DNA from: Macrostomum lignano
Lineage: Eukaryota
Direction of reading: 5' to 3'
Assembly (NCBI GenBank): GCA_002269645.1
Contig: NIVC01000511.1
Location: 94,023-158,022 of the forward strand
DNA: 64,000 nucleotides
The stretch's first letter is position 1. Every line of letters starts with the position of its first letter. Below are positions 31,690 through 44,263 of this stretch, piece after piece. The position numbers were made by a program, and so were the translations under genes. Under the pieces are notes generated by a model. The model was given only the letters and a program-made list of their open reading frames with translations. It ran no database searches and was not told where the DNA came from.

Positions 31690-32760
31690 GCCTACTCAGA
31701 TTTACAGTCTACTCTCACATTCCCAAATATTCTATCAGATTCACAGTCTACTCTCCCATTTAAAAATCTATTCTATCATATTCACAGTCTACTCTCACAT
31801 TAACAAATCTATTCTATCATATTCACAGTCTACTCTCACATTTAAAAATCTATTCTATCAGATTCACAGTCTACTCTCACATTAAAAAATCTATTCTATC
31901 AGATTCACGGTCTAATTTCACGTTCACAAATCTATTCTATCAGATTCACAGTCTACTATCACATTAACAAATCTATTCTATCAGATTCACAGTCTAACTT
32001 CAGATTCACAAATCTATTCTATCAGATTCACGGTCTACTCTCACATTCACGAATATTTCTATCAGATTCACGGTCTACTCTCATCACATTCACAAATCGA
32101 TTCTATCAATCTCACATATTCACAGCCTATTCTCACAGATTCTCAAGTCTCTATTCTCACAGATTCTCAAGTCTCTATTCTCACAGATTCTCAAGTTTAT
32201 TCTTACAGATTCTCAAGTCTATTCTCACAGATTCTTAAGTCTATTCTCACAGATTCTCAAGTCTATTCTCACAGATTCTTAAGTCTATTCTCACAGATTC
32301 TTAAGTCTATTCTCACAGATTATCAATTCTTATCACATATTGTCAGTTAAATCTCACAGATTCTCAGTCTATTCTCACAGGTTCTCAAGTCTTTTCTCAC
32401 AGATTCACATTTTATTCTCACAGATTCTCAGCTTATTCTCACAGATTCACATCTTATTCTCACAGATTCACATCTTATTCTCACAGATTCACATCTTGTT
32501 CTCACAGATTCACATTTTATTCTCACAGATTCTTAAGTCTATTCTCACAGATTATCAATTCTTATCACATATTGTCAGTTAAATCTCACAGATTCTCAGT
32601 CTATTCTCACAGGTTCTCAAGTCTTTTCTCACAGATTCACATTTTATTCTCACAGATTCTCAGCTTATTCTCACAGATTCACATCTTATTCTCACAGATT
32701 CACATCTTGTTCTCACAGATTCACATTCTATTCTCACAGATTCATAATCCATTCTCGCAG
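31690..32760. repeat. Compound tandem repeats (~40-bp attctatcagattcacagtctactctcac, ~21-22-bp tctattctcacagattctcaag) with a 232-bp higher-order duplication
   Basis: Visible periodicity. ORFs starting at 32340 and 32572 begin with identical sequence. Confidence 0.85.
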
Positions 32761-33153
32761 TCGCAGTCTATCCGGACTCCATACATGCCGTCCCAGTTTT
32801 TTAGCATGTATTAGTTATTTTAGTTTATCATCAGCTACAGCAGGACAACGTGTCCATAATACTATTCGCATTGCAAACTAACTTGTGTAAAAACAGGACC
32901 AGAGACCCCTGCTGCAAAGTGAGCATTAGCCGGGAAGGAAAGCCTCTGGTGTAAGCCTATATAGCTAATTATTGCAGCAGAGTGAGCTGATTCAATAATT
33001 CTACCTCGCTGGGAGAATTCCGGGCGCCCTGTCTGTCGCTAGGCTATCATTGACTTTACGTTAGAGAAGCTCGGTCTGACCGTCTGTCTGTCTGAAATGC
33101 TTTAACTTGTACTCTATTATTGTTTTTTTCTCCTTCATTCCAATGGTTGCCTC

Positions 33154-34142
33154 CACAGAATACACCAGAATGCTCAATCAAGCTCCCTGCGAAAAAAATT
33201 GCCTGCGTTCCTTATATTTATACCCCCTTTGGTCGCTCCAAATAAATCGATTTGGATAATAAATAAATCGCTTCAATTGTAAGTGTCCCGTGATTCTCAG
33301 TTTCACGCCTCTGTTGCGCCATGCCAACAGTTTCACGTCAGCAGTGCGCATCATACGGCTGTAAATCCTATGCGTATAGAAATCAACCTGGATTTTGTTT
33401 TCATAAGTTTCCAATCAAGAGTCCTGAAAGGTATGTGACATCAGTATTATGAGTTATTGTAGTCGCTTTTGACAGGCATGCCATAATAACTGTTTCATGC
33501 AGAAATGCGAAGAATGGGCGCGCCGACTCTACAGAGTCGACCTGCTTGGCAAAGCCAACTGGCACAAGTGGGCATGTGCCGTAGTGTGCAGCCTCCACTT
33601 CACTGACGAAATGTACAGCTGCCCAAGACTTCGCCAAGAGCCGGGAACGCAACTACTGACTACGGCGTTTCCTGCTAGAAATCTGTACAAAGCGATTCCA
33701 CCAGTCCTGCAACGAAAATCTCCGACTGTCCGAGGTGAACCTTTCGACATGTCTCCGAGAAAGGACGCTCCGCCGATTACTGTGCCCTTACCCAAGCCTA
33801 CCGGTCGAAGAGTTGCGACCACGCAGCAGCTAAGGCAGAAACTCAAGGCCGAGAGAAACACTTCAGCACGACTGAGATGCCAAAATGATACTCTAAAACG
33901 GCGATGCGTTACTTCAAGTTTGACTGCAACAGCTGCAGCATTTTCATGTCGCTACAGCTGCAAATATATAATCGGGACCTTCTGTCCATAAAAATATTCC
34001 CCCTCGAATGGACGTACAAAAAGTTGACTACTTCTCAAATTTCAGTACTACTTATCTCTTCTTCACCTCAGGAGTAGTGTCTATGGTTTTATATTTCGGC
34101 TTTCGATTTGGAAGCTGATTGAGCATTCTGGTGTATTCTGTG
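33154..34142 (+). mobile_element. P-element-like (THAP-encoding) non-autonomous DNA transposon, 989 bp
   Basis: Perfect 27-bp TIRs CACAGAATACACCAGAATGCTCAATCA (33154-33180 and 34116-34142). 8-bp TSD GTTGCCTC at 33146-33153 and 34143-34150. Internal THAP domain. Confidence 0.85.
33321..33991 (+). pseudogene. THAP zinc-finger (C2CH) plus coiled coil, two exons, frameshift at the junction, no transposase core
   Basis: Exon 33321-33430 MPTVSRQQCASYGC...FHKFP. GT-AG intron 33431-33502. Exon from 33503 CEEWARRL..VVCSLHFTDEMY..LLTTAFP. The phases differ by 1 nt. Confidence 0.8.
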
Positions 34143-34509
34143 GTTGCCTCCTTACAGTCCAGTTTTGTCCACATTTTTAACAGCTCCAATACGAATAATC
34201 CGAATTTGTCTATGGGCGAAACCCCATTCAGCGCTATGGTGTTCTCCGTTACGTACAATATGCACTTGCGATGCGATAAACACGCGTTCCTTTCCCCCGT
34301 CCAGCTCGTTTCTAGGAATATCAGTGTAGCGTCCTTGTACTTCAGTTGTCCGTATACCGGCTTTCTATCACTAATATACTCGCTTATCGAATTTGCATGT
34401 AAATCTCCAATTTCCATCATAATGCATCATTCTTCATGACTTTTGCGCTTGCCTTGCATTTAACTGGCTATAGTTCGTAGCTGGCTCAGTCCCAGGGTCA
34501 ATTTACATG

Positions 34510-35205
34510 TACTGTCTCACTCCGCCTCAGAGCATCTCACACTAGAGGTCGTGTTATCACCGTCTCCTCAGAGCATCTCACACTAGAGGTGGTGTTATCA
34601 CCGTCTCCTCAGAGCATCTCACACTATAGGTGGTGTTATCACAGTCTCCCTCAGAGCATCTCACACTAAAGGTGGTGTTATCACAGTCTCCCTCAGAGCA
34701 TCTCACACTAAAGGTGGTGTTATCACAGTCTCCCTCAGAGTATCTCACACTAAAGGTGGTGTTATCACCGTCTCCCTCAGAGCATCTCACACTAAAGGTG
34801 GTGTTATCACAGTCTCCCTCAGAGCATCTCACACTAAAGGTGGTGTTATCACAGTCTCCCTCAGAGCATCTCACACTATAGGTGGTGTTATCACAGTCTC
34901 CTTCAGAGCATCTCACACTAAAGGTGGTGTTATCACAGTCTCCTTCAGAGCATCTCACACTATAGGTGGTGTTATCACAGTCTCCTTCAGAGCATCTCAC
35001 ACTATAGGTGGTGTTATCACAGTCTCCCTCAGAGTATCTCACACTATAGGTGGTGTTATCACAGTCTCCCTCAGAGCATCTCACACTATAGGTGGTGTTA
35101 TCACAGTCTCCTTCAGAGCATCTCACACTAAAGGTGGTGTTATCACAGTCTCCTTCAGAGCATCTCACACTATAGGTGGTGTTATCAGTCTCCCTCAGAG
35201 CATCT
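34510..35205. repeat. 42-bp minisatellite
   Basis: tctccctcagagcatctcacactaaaggtggtgttatcacag, about 16 copies. Confidence 0.95.
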
Positions 35206-35619
35206 CCTTCAAGTCTCAACTATTCCCAATAGACTTTAGCAGCCTGAAAACTAGAATAAAAAACAAGCTCTCGATAAAAGCTGCAGTTCAAAGAATTTCG
35301 GATTGGCCGCCAAGGGCGGAAATGAAGTTTCAGATTTCGATTCGAGTTTCGGTTTGTCGGGCAGCGCTTGCCGACTCTCAGACTCACTGGTGCGAGCAGC
35401 CGTCAGCTTGAGGCAAAAGAAAATTTCGCGCTTCATCGAGCCCTATACTAATTCCTTTTCCCTCTGGGATTTGCACTATTCCGGTCTGCAACGTTCTAGC
35501 ACTAAAAAGCGTAGCTAAGGCCATGCCCAGTACATTAGCTGTCAACTTGTACACTCGTAGGAGCACAAAAAAGCAATATATATAGTTGCTATAGTACGGA
35601 ACTGCTCCCGCTTGTATCT

Positions 35620-37150
35620 AGCTATAGAAAGGCCCAGAAACTTTTAGATTCAGAAAATCACTAGCAATCTACGCCCCCCGTTGGGGAGCTAAAGAAATGA
35701 AATACACGTTTTTTAATAAGCTACATGTAGCCTTGAAATCCTAAAAAATCTCCTGTCAAACTTCTAATAGCCCTAACCCCAACCCTAAACATAACCCTAA
35801 ATTTAATATTTTGTCCATGAGTTTTTGCATGATGCTTCTATGATTTTTTGCATGACGCTTCCATGATTTTTGCATGACGCTTCTATGATAAACATTTTTA
35901 ATAAGCTACATGAGCTAAGTTATAAGCTACCCTAACCCTAGCACTAACCCGAATCTTAACGCTATAACCCTAACCCTAACCATATACCCTAACACCAACG
36001 CTAACACTAACCCTACAGCCTGACATCTGCATAAGTTTGTGAAGCGCTAGTAGTATTTTTTTAGCTTAGTATCTTAGCGTTGGGGAGCCAAAAAATGCAG
36101 TACAAGTTTTGTAATAAGCTACATGTAGCATCACTTTGCAATATCTCTCTGCAATATTTGCATCTCTTTGCAATAATATACTGCTTTGCAAGCAGTCCCT
36201 TGTAAGCCTTGACATGTCAGTAATTCCCCCCCCACAAGCTTTAACATTTCAACTTCCTCTTGACATCTCAGCGATGCTCCCCATAAGCCATGAAATCTAA
36301 AAAAATCTGTCAACTTTCTAACCCTAACCCTAACCCTAACCTAACATAACCCTAAAGCATTGACATTTCAGTAATTCTCTCTAAGAGTCATTATAGCACT
36401 ACTACAGCATTATAGCGATTCCCTGCAAGCCTCGACATCGTAGGGATTCCCAAATGAATCTCTTAACTTCGACATGAAGCTTCTTATTTTTTACATTACG
36501 CTTTTTCTATCAGCGATCCCTCCCGTGAGGAGCCAACAAATAATGAAATAAAGTTTTCAATAAACTACATGTAGCTTCTGACTTTAGCCTTGACATCTCA
36601 TTTATTCCCCCATGAGCCTTGACATCTCAGCTATTCCCCTCGTAAGCCTTGAAATGTCAGCAATGCCCCCCATAAACCTTGATATCTGAAAAATCCCCTG
36701 TTAACCTTGAAACCCGCTAAAATCTAACCCTCAACCCACACCTGACCTAAACCTAACTTTAACCCAACCTAAAGCCTTGAAATCTCAGCAATTCTTCTCC
36801 CCTAAGCCTTGACATTTTAGTGATTCCTTCTTTAAGAATCACAGCACTATAGCGATTCCCTCCAAGCCTTGACATCGTAGCAATTCCCAAATGAATCTTT
36901 TAACTTCGACATGACTCTTCTTTTATGTATACATAGTGCTTCTTTTCTTTTTTACATGACTCTTCTTCTATCAGCGCCCCCCCCCGTGGCGAGCCAACAA
37001 AGAAGGTAATAAAAAAATTGAGTAAACTACATGTACTTTGAAGTAGCTTCTGACTTTTGCTTTGACATCTCAGAAACCCCCCCCCCGTAATCTCAGTTAT
37101 TCTCCGTGAGCCTTGACATCTCAGTAATTCTCCCCAGCACAGCACAATAG
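35620..37150 (-). mobile_element. Modular composite repeat element (AGCTACATGTAG modules, CCCTAA hexamer runs, degenerate 30-bp units)
   Basis: A module gg(g/c)gagc(t/c)aa...(a/g)ctacatgta recurs about 4 times. Reverse-complement matches to 17630-17990 and 61600-62500. Confidence 0.6.
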
Positions 37151-37164
37151 CTTCATTTAATTTT

Positions 37165-38790
37165 TACATGACACTTCTTTCATGTCTGACATGACGCTTC
37201 TTTTGATTTTTACATGACGCTTCTTTTGATTTTTACATGACGGTTCTATGATTTCTTAAATGACACTTCCATTAGTTTTTATATAAGGCTTCTATGATTT
37301 TTTACATGACGCTTCTATGATTTTTTACATGACGCTTCTATGCTTTTTGACATTACGCTTTTATGATTTTTTACATGACGCTTCTATGATTGTTTACATG
37401 ACGCTTCTATGATTTTTTACATGACGCTTGTATGATTTTTTTTAAATGACGCTTCTATGATTTTTTAAATGACGCTTCTACGATTTTTTACATGACGCTT
37501 CTATGATTGTTTACATGACGCTTCTATGATTGTTTACATGACGCTTCTATGATTGTTTACATGACGCTTCTATGCTTTTTTACATGACGCTTCTATGATT
37601 TTTTAAATGACGCTTCTACGATTTTTTACATGACGCTTCTATGATTGTTTACATGACGCTTCTATGATTGTTTACATGACGCTTCTATGATTGTTTACAT
37701 GACGCTTCTATGCTTTTTTACATGACGCTTCTATGATTTTTTTAAATGACGCTTCTATGATTTTTTACATGACGCTTCTATGATTTTTTACATGACGCTT
37801 GTATGATTTTTTTGCATGACGCTTCTATGATTTTTTACATGACGCTTTTATGATTGTTTACAGGACGCTTCTATGATTGTTTACATGACGCTTCTATGAC
37901 TTTTTTACATGACGCTTCTATGATTTTTTTAAATGACGCTTCTATGATTTTTAAATGACGCTTCTACGATTTTTACATGACGCTTCTATGATTTTTTACA
38001 TGACGCTTCTATGATTTTCTTTACATGACGCTTCTATGATTTTTTAAATGACGCTTCTATGATTTTTATATGACGCTTCTACGATTGTTTACATGACGCT
38101 TCTATGATTATTTACATGACGCTTCGATTTTTTTACATGACGCTTCTATGATTGTTTACATGACGCTTCTATGATTGTTTACATGACGCTTTTATGATTT
38201 TTTACATGACGCTTCTATGATTTTTTACATGACGCTTCTATGATTTTTTACATGACGCTTCTATGATTTTTTACATGACGCTTCTATGATTTTTTACATG
38301 ACGCTTCTATGCTTTTTTACATGACGCTTCTATGATTGTTTACATGACGCTTCTATGATTGTTTACATGACGCTTCTATGATTTTTTAAATGACGCTTCT
38401 ATGATTGTTTACATGACGCTTCTATGATTTTTTTAAAATGACGCTTCTATGATTTTTTACATGACGCTTCTATGATTGTTTACATGACGCTTGTATGATT
38501 TTTTTGCATGACGCTTCTATGATTTTTTACATGACGCTTTTATGATTGTTTACAGGACGCTTCTATGATTGTTTACATGACGCTTCTATGACTTTTTTAC
38601 ATGACGCTTCTATGATTTTTTACATGACGCTTCTATGATTGTTTACATGACGCTTCTATGATTTTTTAGAATGATTTTTATATGACGCTACTACGATTTT
38701 TTTACATGACGCTTTTATGATTTTTTACATGACGCTTCTATGATTTTTTACATGACGCTTCTATGATTCATTATATGACGCTTCTTTTTA
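37165..38790. repeat. 23-24-bp minisatellite ATGACGCTTCTATGATTTTTTAC
   Basis: About 65-70 units with variable poly-T. Confidence 0.95.
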
Positions 38791-40009
38791 AAAATTCTTT
38801 TAGTTTTCCTGACGTTGAAAAGCTTTAATTAAAAAAATCATACTCTATGAAAATTCGAACCATCGTCGCTGCATTTAGCAGTTCAGTCTGTTCACCTCTA
38901 GGCTAGCTCTCATCGTTTTGATAACATCTAATTTTGCACTTATATAATTCAACACTTTAAAATCCAAGCATAGAGTAAATCACACGAAGCAGTTATGACA
39001 TAATCAGTTTCTCAGTCAGTCAGTATCAGTTAACAATATGGTTACGCAATTTAAATCAAGTCTGGTGCTACGCTTCCACACTGCATTTTCAATTCAAGTC
39101 GGAGTTACAATTCAGTTATGATGCAATCTATTTCAGAATCAGAATTCAACCAGTCAGTTTTTTCTCTAGCATTCTTACAATGCATTTCAAGTCGAAAAGT
39201 TTGCTTGACCTTTGCAAAAAAAGCATGTTTTTCGAATATTTAATGCCTTTAGCATCGAGCAATTTCTTAGCCAAGACACATGTACCGTCACGGGAAAATT
39301 TCTGATCGAACAGTGCAAGTCTCATGAAAATCGGTTAAGCCATTTTTTCTCTAATCGATTACAAGCAAGCAAGCAAGATTTTCATTTTTAGTATATAGGA
39401 CTAGCTAATTAAAGCTGGCTGCCAGCAGCCAGAATAATTTTTTTATTGCCCCCTTTAAGTGGGGCCCAGTGAGTTTTCTTATCAGTTGGCTCTGGCGCAA
39501 TCATTAAAATTGGCTGTGAAGTTTCTCGCTGATAGAATTTTGCATTGAAAAAGCCCATTTGAAACAGTTTTTCGAATATTTAATCCCTTTAGCATTGAAG
39601 CAGATACAAGAAATTTTAACTGTCTTCTTTCCAGACAATTTTGAATCTTTAGGCGAAAACGCGATCAAAATCGGTGAAGAATTGCTCGCTCTAGAGCGTT
39701 ATGGACATTCATTCATTCAAACATACAAACCTTAGAGATTTAGTATATTTAGAAGATAGATTTGTAGGGTTCCAGTTGAAACTATTTCTAGACTGTCATG
39801 AACTCGATGAGTTTGTCGTCTGTTGCCTTTTTCGCGATATTTTTCCGGGTTTAAATCGGTACCTACGCGTCACGTAGGGTTTGATTTGAGTTTAGCCAAA
39901 GATAGTCAAGTCACGTCGATTGTCTATGATCAAAAACTCAAAGGGAAGGTTTTGAAAATATGGGGTTGTCCGAAAATACCTGTAAACAATGTTATGCACA
40001 TTTTTCCCT

Positions 40010-40775
40010 TTTGACTATGGTTGGAATGGCGCAATCTGCATCAAGTATTGTTCTCTTTTGTCTATGGTCGGGATTGCGCAATCTGCATCAAGTATTGTTC
40101 TCTTTTGTCTATGGTCGGGATTGCGCAATCTGCATCAAGTATTGTTCTCTTTTGTCTATGGTCGGGATTGCGCAATCTGCATCAAGTATTGTTCTGTTTT
40201 GTCTATGGCTGGGATTGCGCAATCTGCATCAAGTATTGTTCTCTTTTGTCTATGGCTGGGATTGCGCAATCTGCATCAAGTATTGTTCTCTTTTGTCTAT
40301 GGTCGGGATTGCGCAATCTGCATCAAGTATTGTTCCCTTTTGTCTATGGTCGGGATTGCGCAATCTGCATCAAGTATTGTTCTCTTTTGTCTATGGTCGG
40401 GATTGCGCAATCTGCATCAAGTATTGTTCTCTTTTGTCTATGGTCGGGATTGCGTAATCTGCATTAAGTATTGTTCTGTTTTGTCTATGGCTGGGATTGC
40501 GCAATCTGCATTAAGTATTGTTCTCTTTTGTCTATGGTCGGGATTGCGCAATCTGCATTAAGTATTGTTCTCTTTTGTCTGTGGTCGGGATTGCGCAATC
40601 TGCATCAAGTATTGTTCACTTTTGTCTATGGTCGGGATTGCGCAATCTGCATTAAGTATTGTTCACTTTTGTCTATGGTCGGGATTGCGCAATCTGCATC
40701 AAGTATTGTTCACTTTTGTCTATGGTCGGGATTGCGCAATCTGCATCAAGTATTGTTCACTTTTGTCTGTGGTTA
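40010..40775. repeat. 47-bp tandem array abutting a Crypton fragment
   Basis: gggattgcgcaatctgcatcaagtattgttctcttttgtctatggtc, about 16 copies. Confidence 0.95.
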
Positions 40776-40794
40776 CAAACCTCGCTTTGTTCTG

Positions 40795-41135
40795 GAGATG
40801 AACAATTTAGATGCGTCGTCTAGTACTGAAGAGCTGTCTGAGCTGACTAGCGAAGATCTGCTTATGCTGGACTGGATTGAGATGGAATCTGTGCCGAAAT
40901 CGATCGAGACCAACGAGAACTTCACGTGGGAGGGTTCCGCCAGTTCCTCAATGAGAAGGGGCTCTGCCAGGAGTTCGAGCGTGTACCGGATCGATTCCTG
41001 AACGATTATCTGAAGCTTCTCTATTCGCTTCTTCGAAAGCAGGATGGAACATACTGCGCGCCGAAGTCTCTCATCTGCTTTCGTGCGGCCATTCAAAGGC
41101 ACCTGTGGAATCCCCGTCCGTCAATCGCCAGGTGA
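40795..41135 (+). mobile_element. Crypton N-terminal fragment (YR domain deleted)
   Basis: FRQFLNEKG...LNDYLKLLYSLLRKQDGTYCAPKSLICFRAAIQRHL resembles the region preceding DUF3504 in Crypton/KCTD1/ZMYM proteins. It is frameshifted from the upstream MNNLD..SVPKS segment. Confidence 0.7.
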
Positions 41136-44135
41136 ACAAGTAAAACATGACCGCTTCGTTATTCGGTTTGTCCTTACGAACTTGCTTGGGACAGTGGAAC
41201 AAAAAATTACTCCGTTTTTTGTTGTTGTTCGTCGTTGTCATGTTTCCGATTCTTTTTGACAGCCAAATTCAACCGTTGATTTTCCGGAAATAATCTCAAA
41301 CAGCCGGCAAACAATTGAATTGTTGGCGAAAACCATAGACAAAAGGGTACAATACAAAATTACTGCCGGGAAATTCTTGCCTAGAACCATAGAAAAAACA
41401 ATATACTCGATTCAACTTCCGGATTGGTGACTCTGCGGCTGGTGTCAAGTTTATGGCTTCTGTTGATTTGCTTATGTGCAGGGTTAGTCTATGGCCAAAA
41501 CTCCTAACCTTAGAATAAGTGATGATATGATAGCAGCGTAGAGATAACATATGAGATCGCGATATTTTGGGCTTATTCGATTCGCATGAGACGACTGTTT
41601 CATGAACACTGTGTGGTCAAAGCAAGAGGAAAATCATATTTTCGATTCCGTGGATAATCCAGTAAATTGTTGCTGAATTGCGTCAATTTTTGCTTTAATC
41701 TGATGAACAGATGCAGAGATTTGAAGGGTGTCAAAAAATTTTGACTGCGCCAAGGTATTATTCGATGAGTATCAATATCTCACTATATTTCTCGGTTTTG
41801 CCTGTCCGTCTTCTTTCACTCTATCATATCGGGCCTGGTTTTGTCAAAGCCCCAGTCTGCAAAAGGAGGAGATTAGGCAATTTTGTTAAGAGGTGGAGGC
41901 AGCAGCGGTGCGCCTTCAAAGGGGAGATCAAAGGCGTCTTACAAGAATTGAATAAACGGCGCTGCACGCTACAGAGACTGGAAAGCCGCAGACTGAGCAA
42001 ATAGAGTGATGAATGAGCCGCTGCTGATGAGCAGCAAATTTTCTGTTTCAAAAATAATGCAGACTCTGAAGACGAGATTCTATCATGTCAACAGCAAAAT
42101 GGGATTTCTTAAGCTTCGCGGAAAAAGCCAATCCTTGAGGCAGCTTTAGCTTATTCCCATCCCCCCTCTCTCCAGACCTCTGACCGCCTCTCCGACCCCA
42201 TCATTTTTTAACACGGCTCGCTCAAGTCTGCCTCTTAATCTTTAAGCTGACTGACTCTGCAAGCGCCGCAGCTGAGAGGTTGGAACAAAAGCCGAGGGTC
42301 CGAGTGATGATCTCCACCTCCTGCCTCTTTCCCTGTCTCCTCTCTTCATCCTTCACTTTCCCCTTCATGCTCATTCCTGTCTTGCGTCAGTCGGGCTGAA
42401 AATTCTCCTTTCTACGTTCTATTTCTATCTCCGCTGCAGCTGGATCTGTCCGATAGACCGAGAGGGGTGATGGCAGCCGGGGATGGGCGGAGGGTGGGTT
42501 GGGTGACGCCTCTCCCCGCTCCCGTGTCCTTTGCGCTACTAGCCTGCGCTAAGATGGCCGGGGCCTCTCCCCGCCCGACTCCCCTCTATCCCTCTGTTCA
42601 TCCTCACCACCCGTCCCGCTTTCCACACCTCTTCTCTTGCACTGCCGCCCGCTTTTGCACTTCTTGCCCGAGCCGGTCCGGCGCCTCCCCTCTTCTCCCC
42701 TCCCATCGCCCCCTCCCGGGAAGCCCGGGAGCCTCCTCCTGCAGCAGCGGCAGAGTTTCGCTCGATCTGCCCCCCCCCATCTCTCTCTCTGCCTCAATCT
42801 CCCCGCTCGCTCGCTTTTAATACGAGTATACACACACAGCGACCCTCCCTGCCGTCTTCAACTACTCGTTTCGGCTGTGACCCCCGCCGAGCGTCCCAGA
42901 CTCTGCGTCGGCCTCCTCCGCTGCGGCACAGCGCCCAGACAGTCAGTGGCAGACAGGGACGGCTGGGACCAGCGAGCTGCCAGCCAGATAGCAACAGAAG
43001 AGAAGGCAAACTAGCTCGTAGAATAAGATCGAGTGAGGGGGAGAGACGAGAAAAAAGGGGAACGTCGAAAATAGCTTAGCCAAAAACAGCTAAGGAAGAC
43101 AGGGGGAGGGGTGGCCAGAGAGCTCAAGGAGTCACGGACAAGAGAAAGGCTTAAACCGTCCTGCCAGACGTACCGCCCCTGCGATTTCTGCAACTTTTCT
43201 ACCTCTCAGAAGCAGCAGAAGGCTTAGCAAAAGGCGGGGCTCATCAGAGCCCAGCAACAGCTTTTGCGAGTGCGCTAGCTCCGTTTCTGGTAAGAACTTC
43301 CTCTTGAGTCAGGGCTCTTAGTGTCTTAATAAGTGGCGGCATTGTTCAATGAGCCTCGATTAGCTCTGTGCAGTTGTCGAAAAAGAATAATGATGAAAGG
43401 GAGGGAACTCAGCGGGGGAGAGAGATGAAGGATGGTGGGATTGGCGTGCTCGAAATTTCTGCAGAGCTTCTGCAAATTAAGGTCTGCTCCTGAGAGCGGC
43501 TCCCTGAGTGCACTGGTAATCCTGCTAAGCTCCTCTCCGCCCTCTGTTTCGGGCGCCGCACGCTTCTCTGGTCCAAGTGTGCGACCTCGTCCCAAGCGCC
43601 AAGGAGCAGGCGGGGGATTGGGAGAAGTTGAGAGGGGGAGAACAGTGGCGGGAGGAGAGCGGGGCAGGGAGGCCTGCGTCGGCCCAGAGGCGAAGCGGAA
43701 AGCCCAACCTTCTAGACTAACTTGCCCGCCCCCCCGCGCCGCTCCCTCCCCATCCTCGTGCTCGATAGAAAAGGCGAAAATCTCAGCTGGAGAGACAGGG
43801 AGAGACGAGAGCCGACACGAGGCAGCGGCCAACCTCGCCTCACCAGTGCACTAATTGCTGCTGCACTCACCTCTTACCGCACAGTGTTTGGATGAAGGAT
43901 TGATCCGCAGCACTAGCTTGCTACGTAAAACTTCTCCGCTGATAAATTCTGCCACAATTCTAAGAAGAGAAAGTCAATTCCAACAGTTTAAATCCAAATT
44001 CAGATTTGGAAATCAATTTGTGAAACGTCTAATTAAAATCAGTTTCTAAGAAATCGCTGATAAAAAGAGCAACTTCTCCTCCTCTACCGAAAGCGGCTTC
44101 AGCGACTGCCGGGACAGCGGCAACAGCAGCAGTCA

Positions 44136-44232
44136 ATGTCGGCAGCGCCTGCCAAGCAGCAGCATCAGCAGCAGCAGGCACTGATTAACAAGTCGCCCAA
44201 ACCGCTGTCCAACTCCAATAGCAGTCTAGCAA

Positions 44233-44263
<31 letters not shown>

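Noticed and set aside
35775-36775. True telomere or chromosome-fusion site
   Set aside because: The CCCTAA runs are short, degenerate and embedded in repeated modules of a dispersed element.
40010-40775. CRISPR-like array (also the other regular arrays)
   Set aside because: Units are head-to-tail with no unique spacers, there are no cas genes, and the context is eukaryotic.
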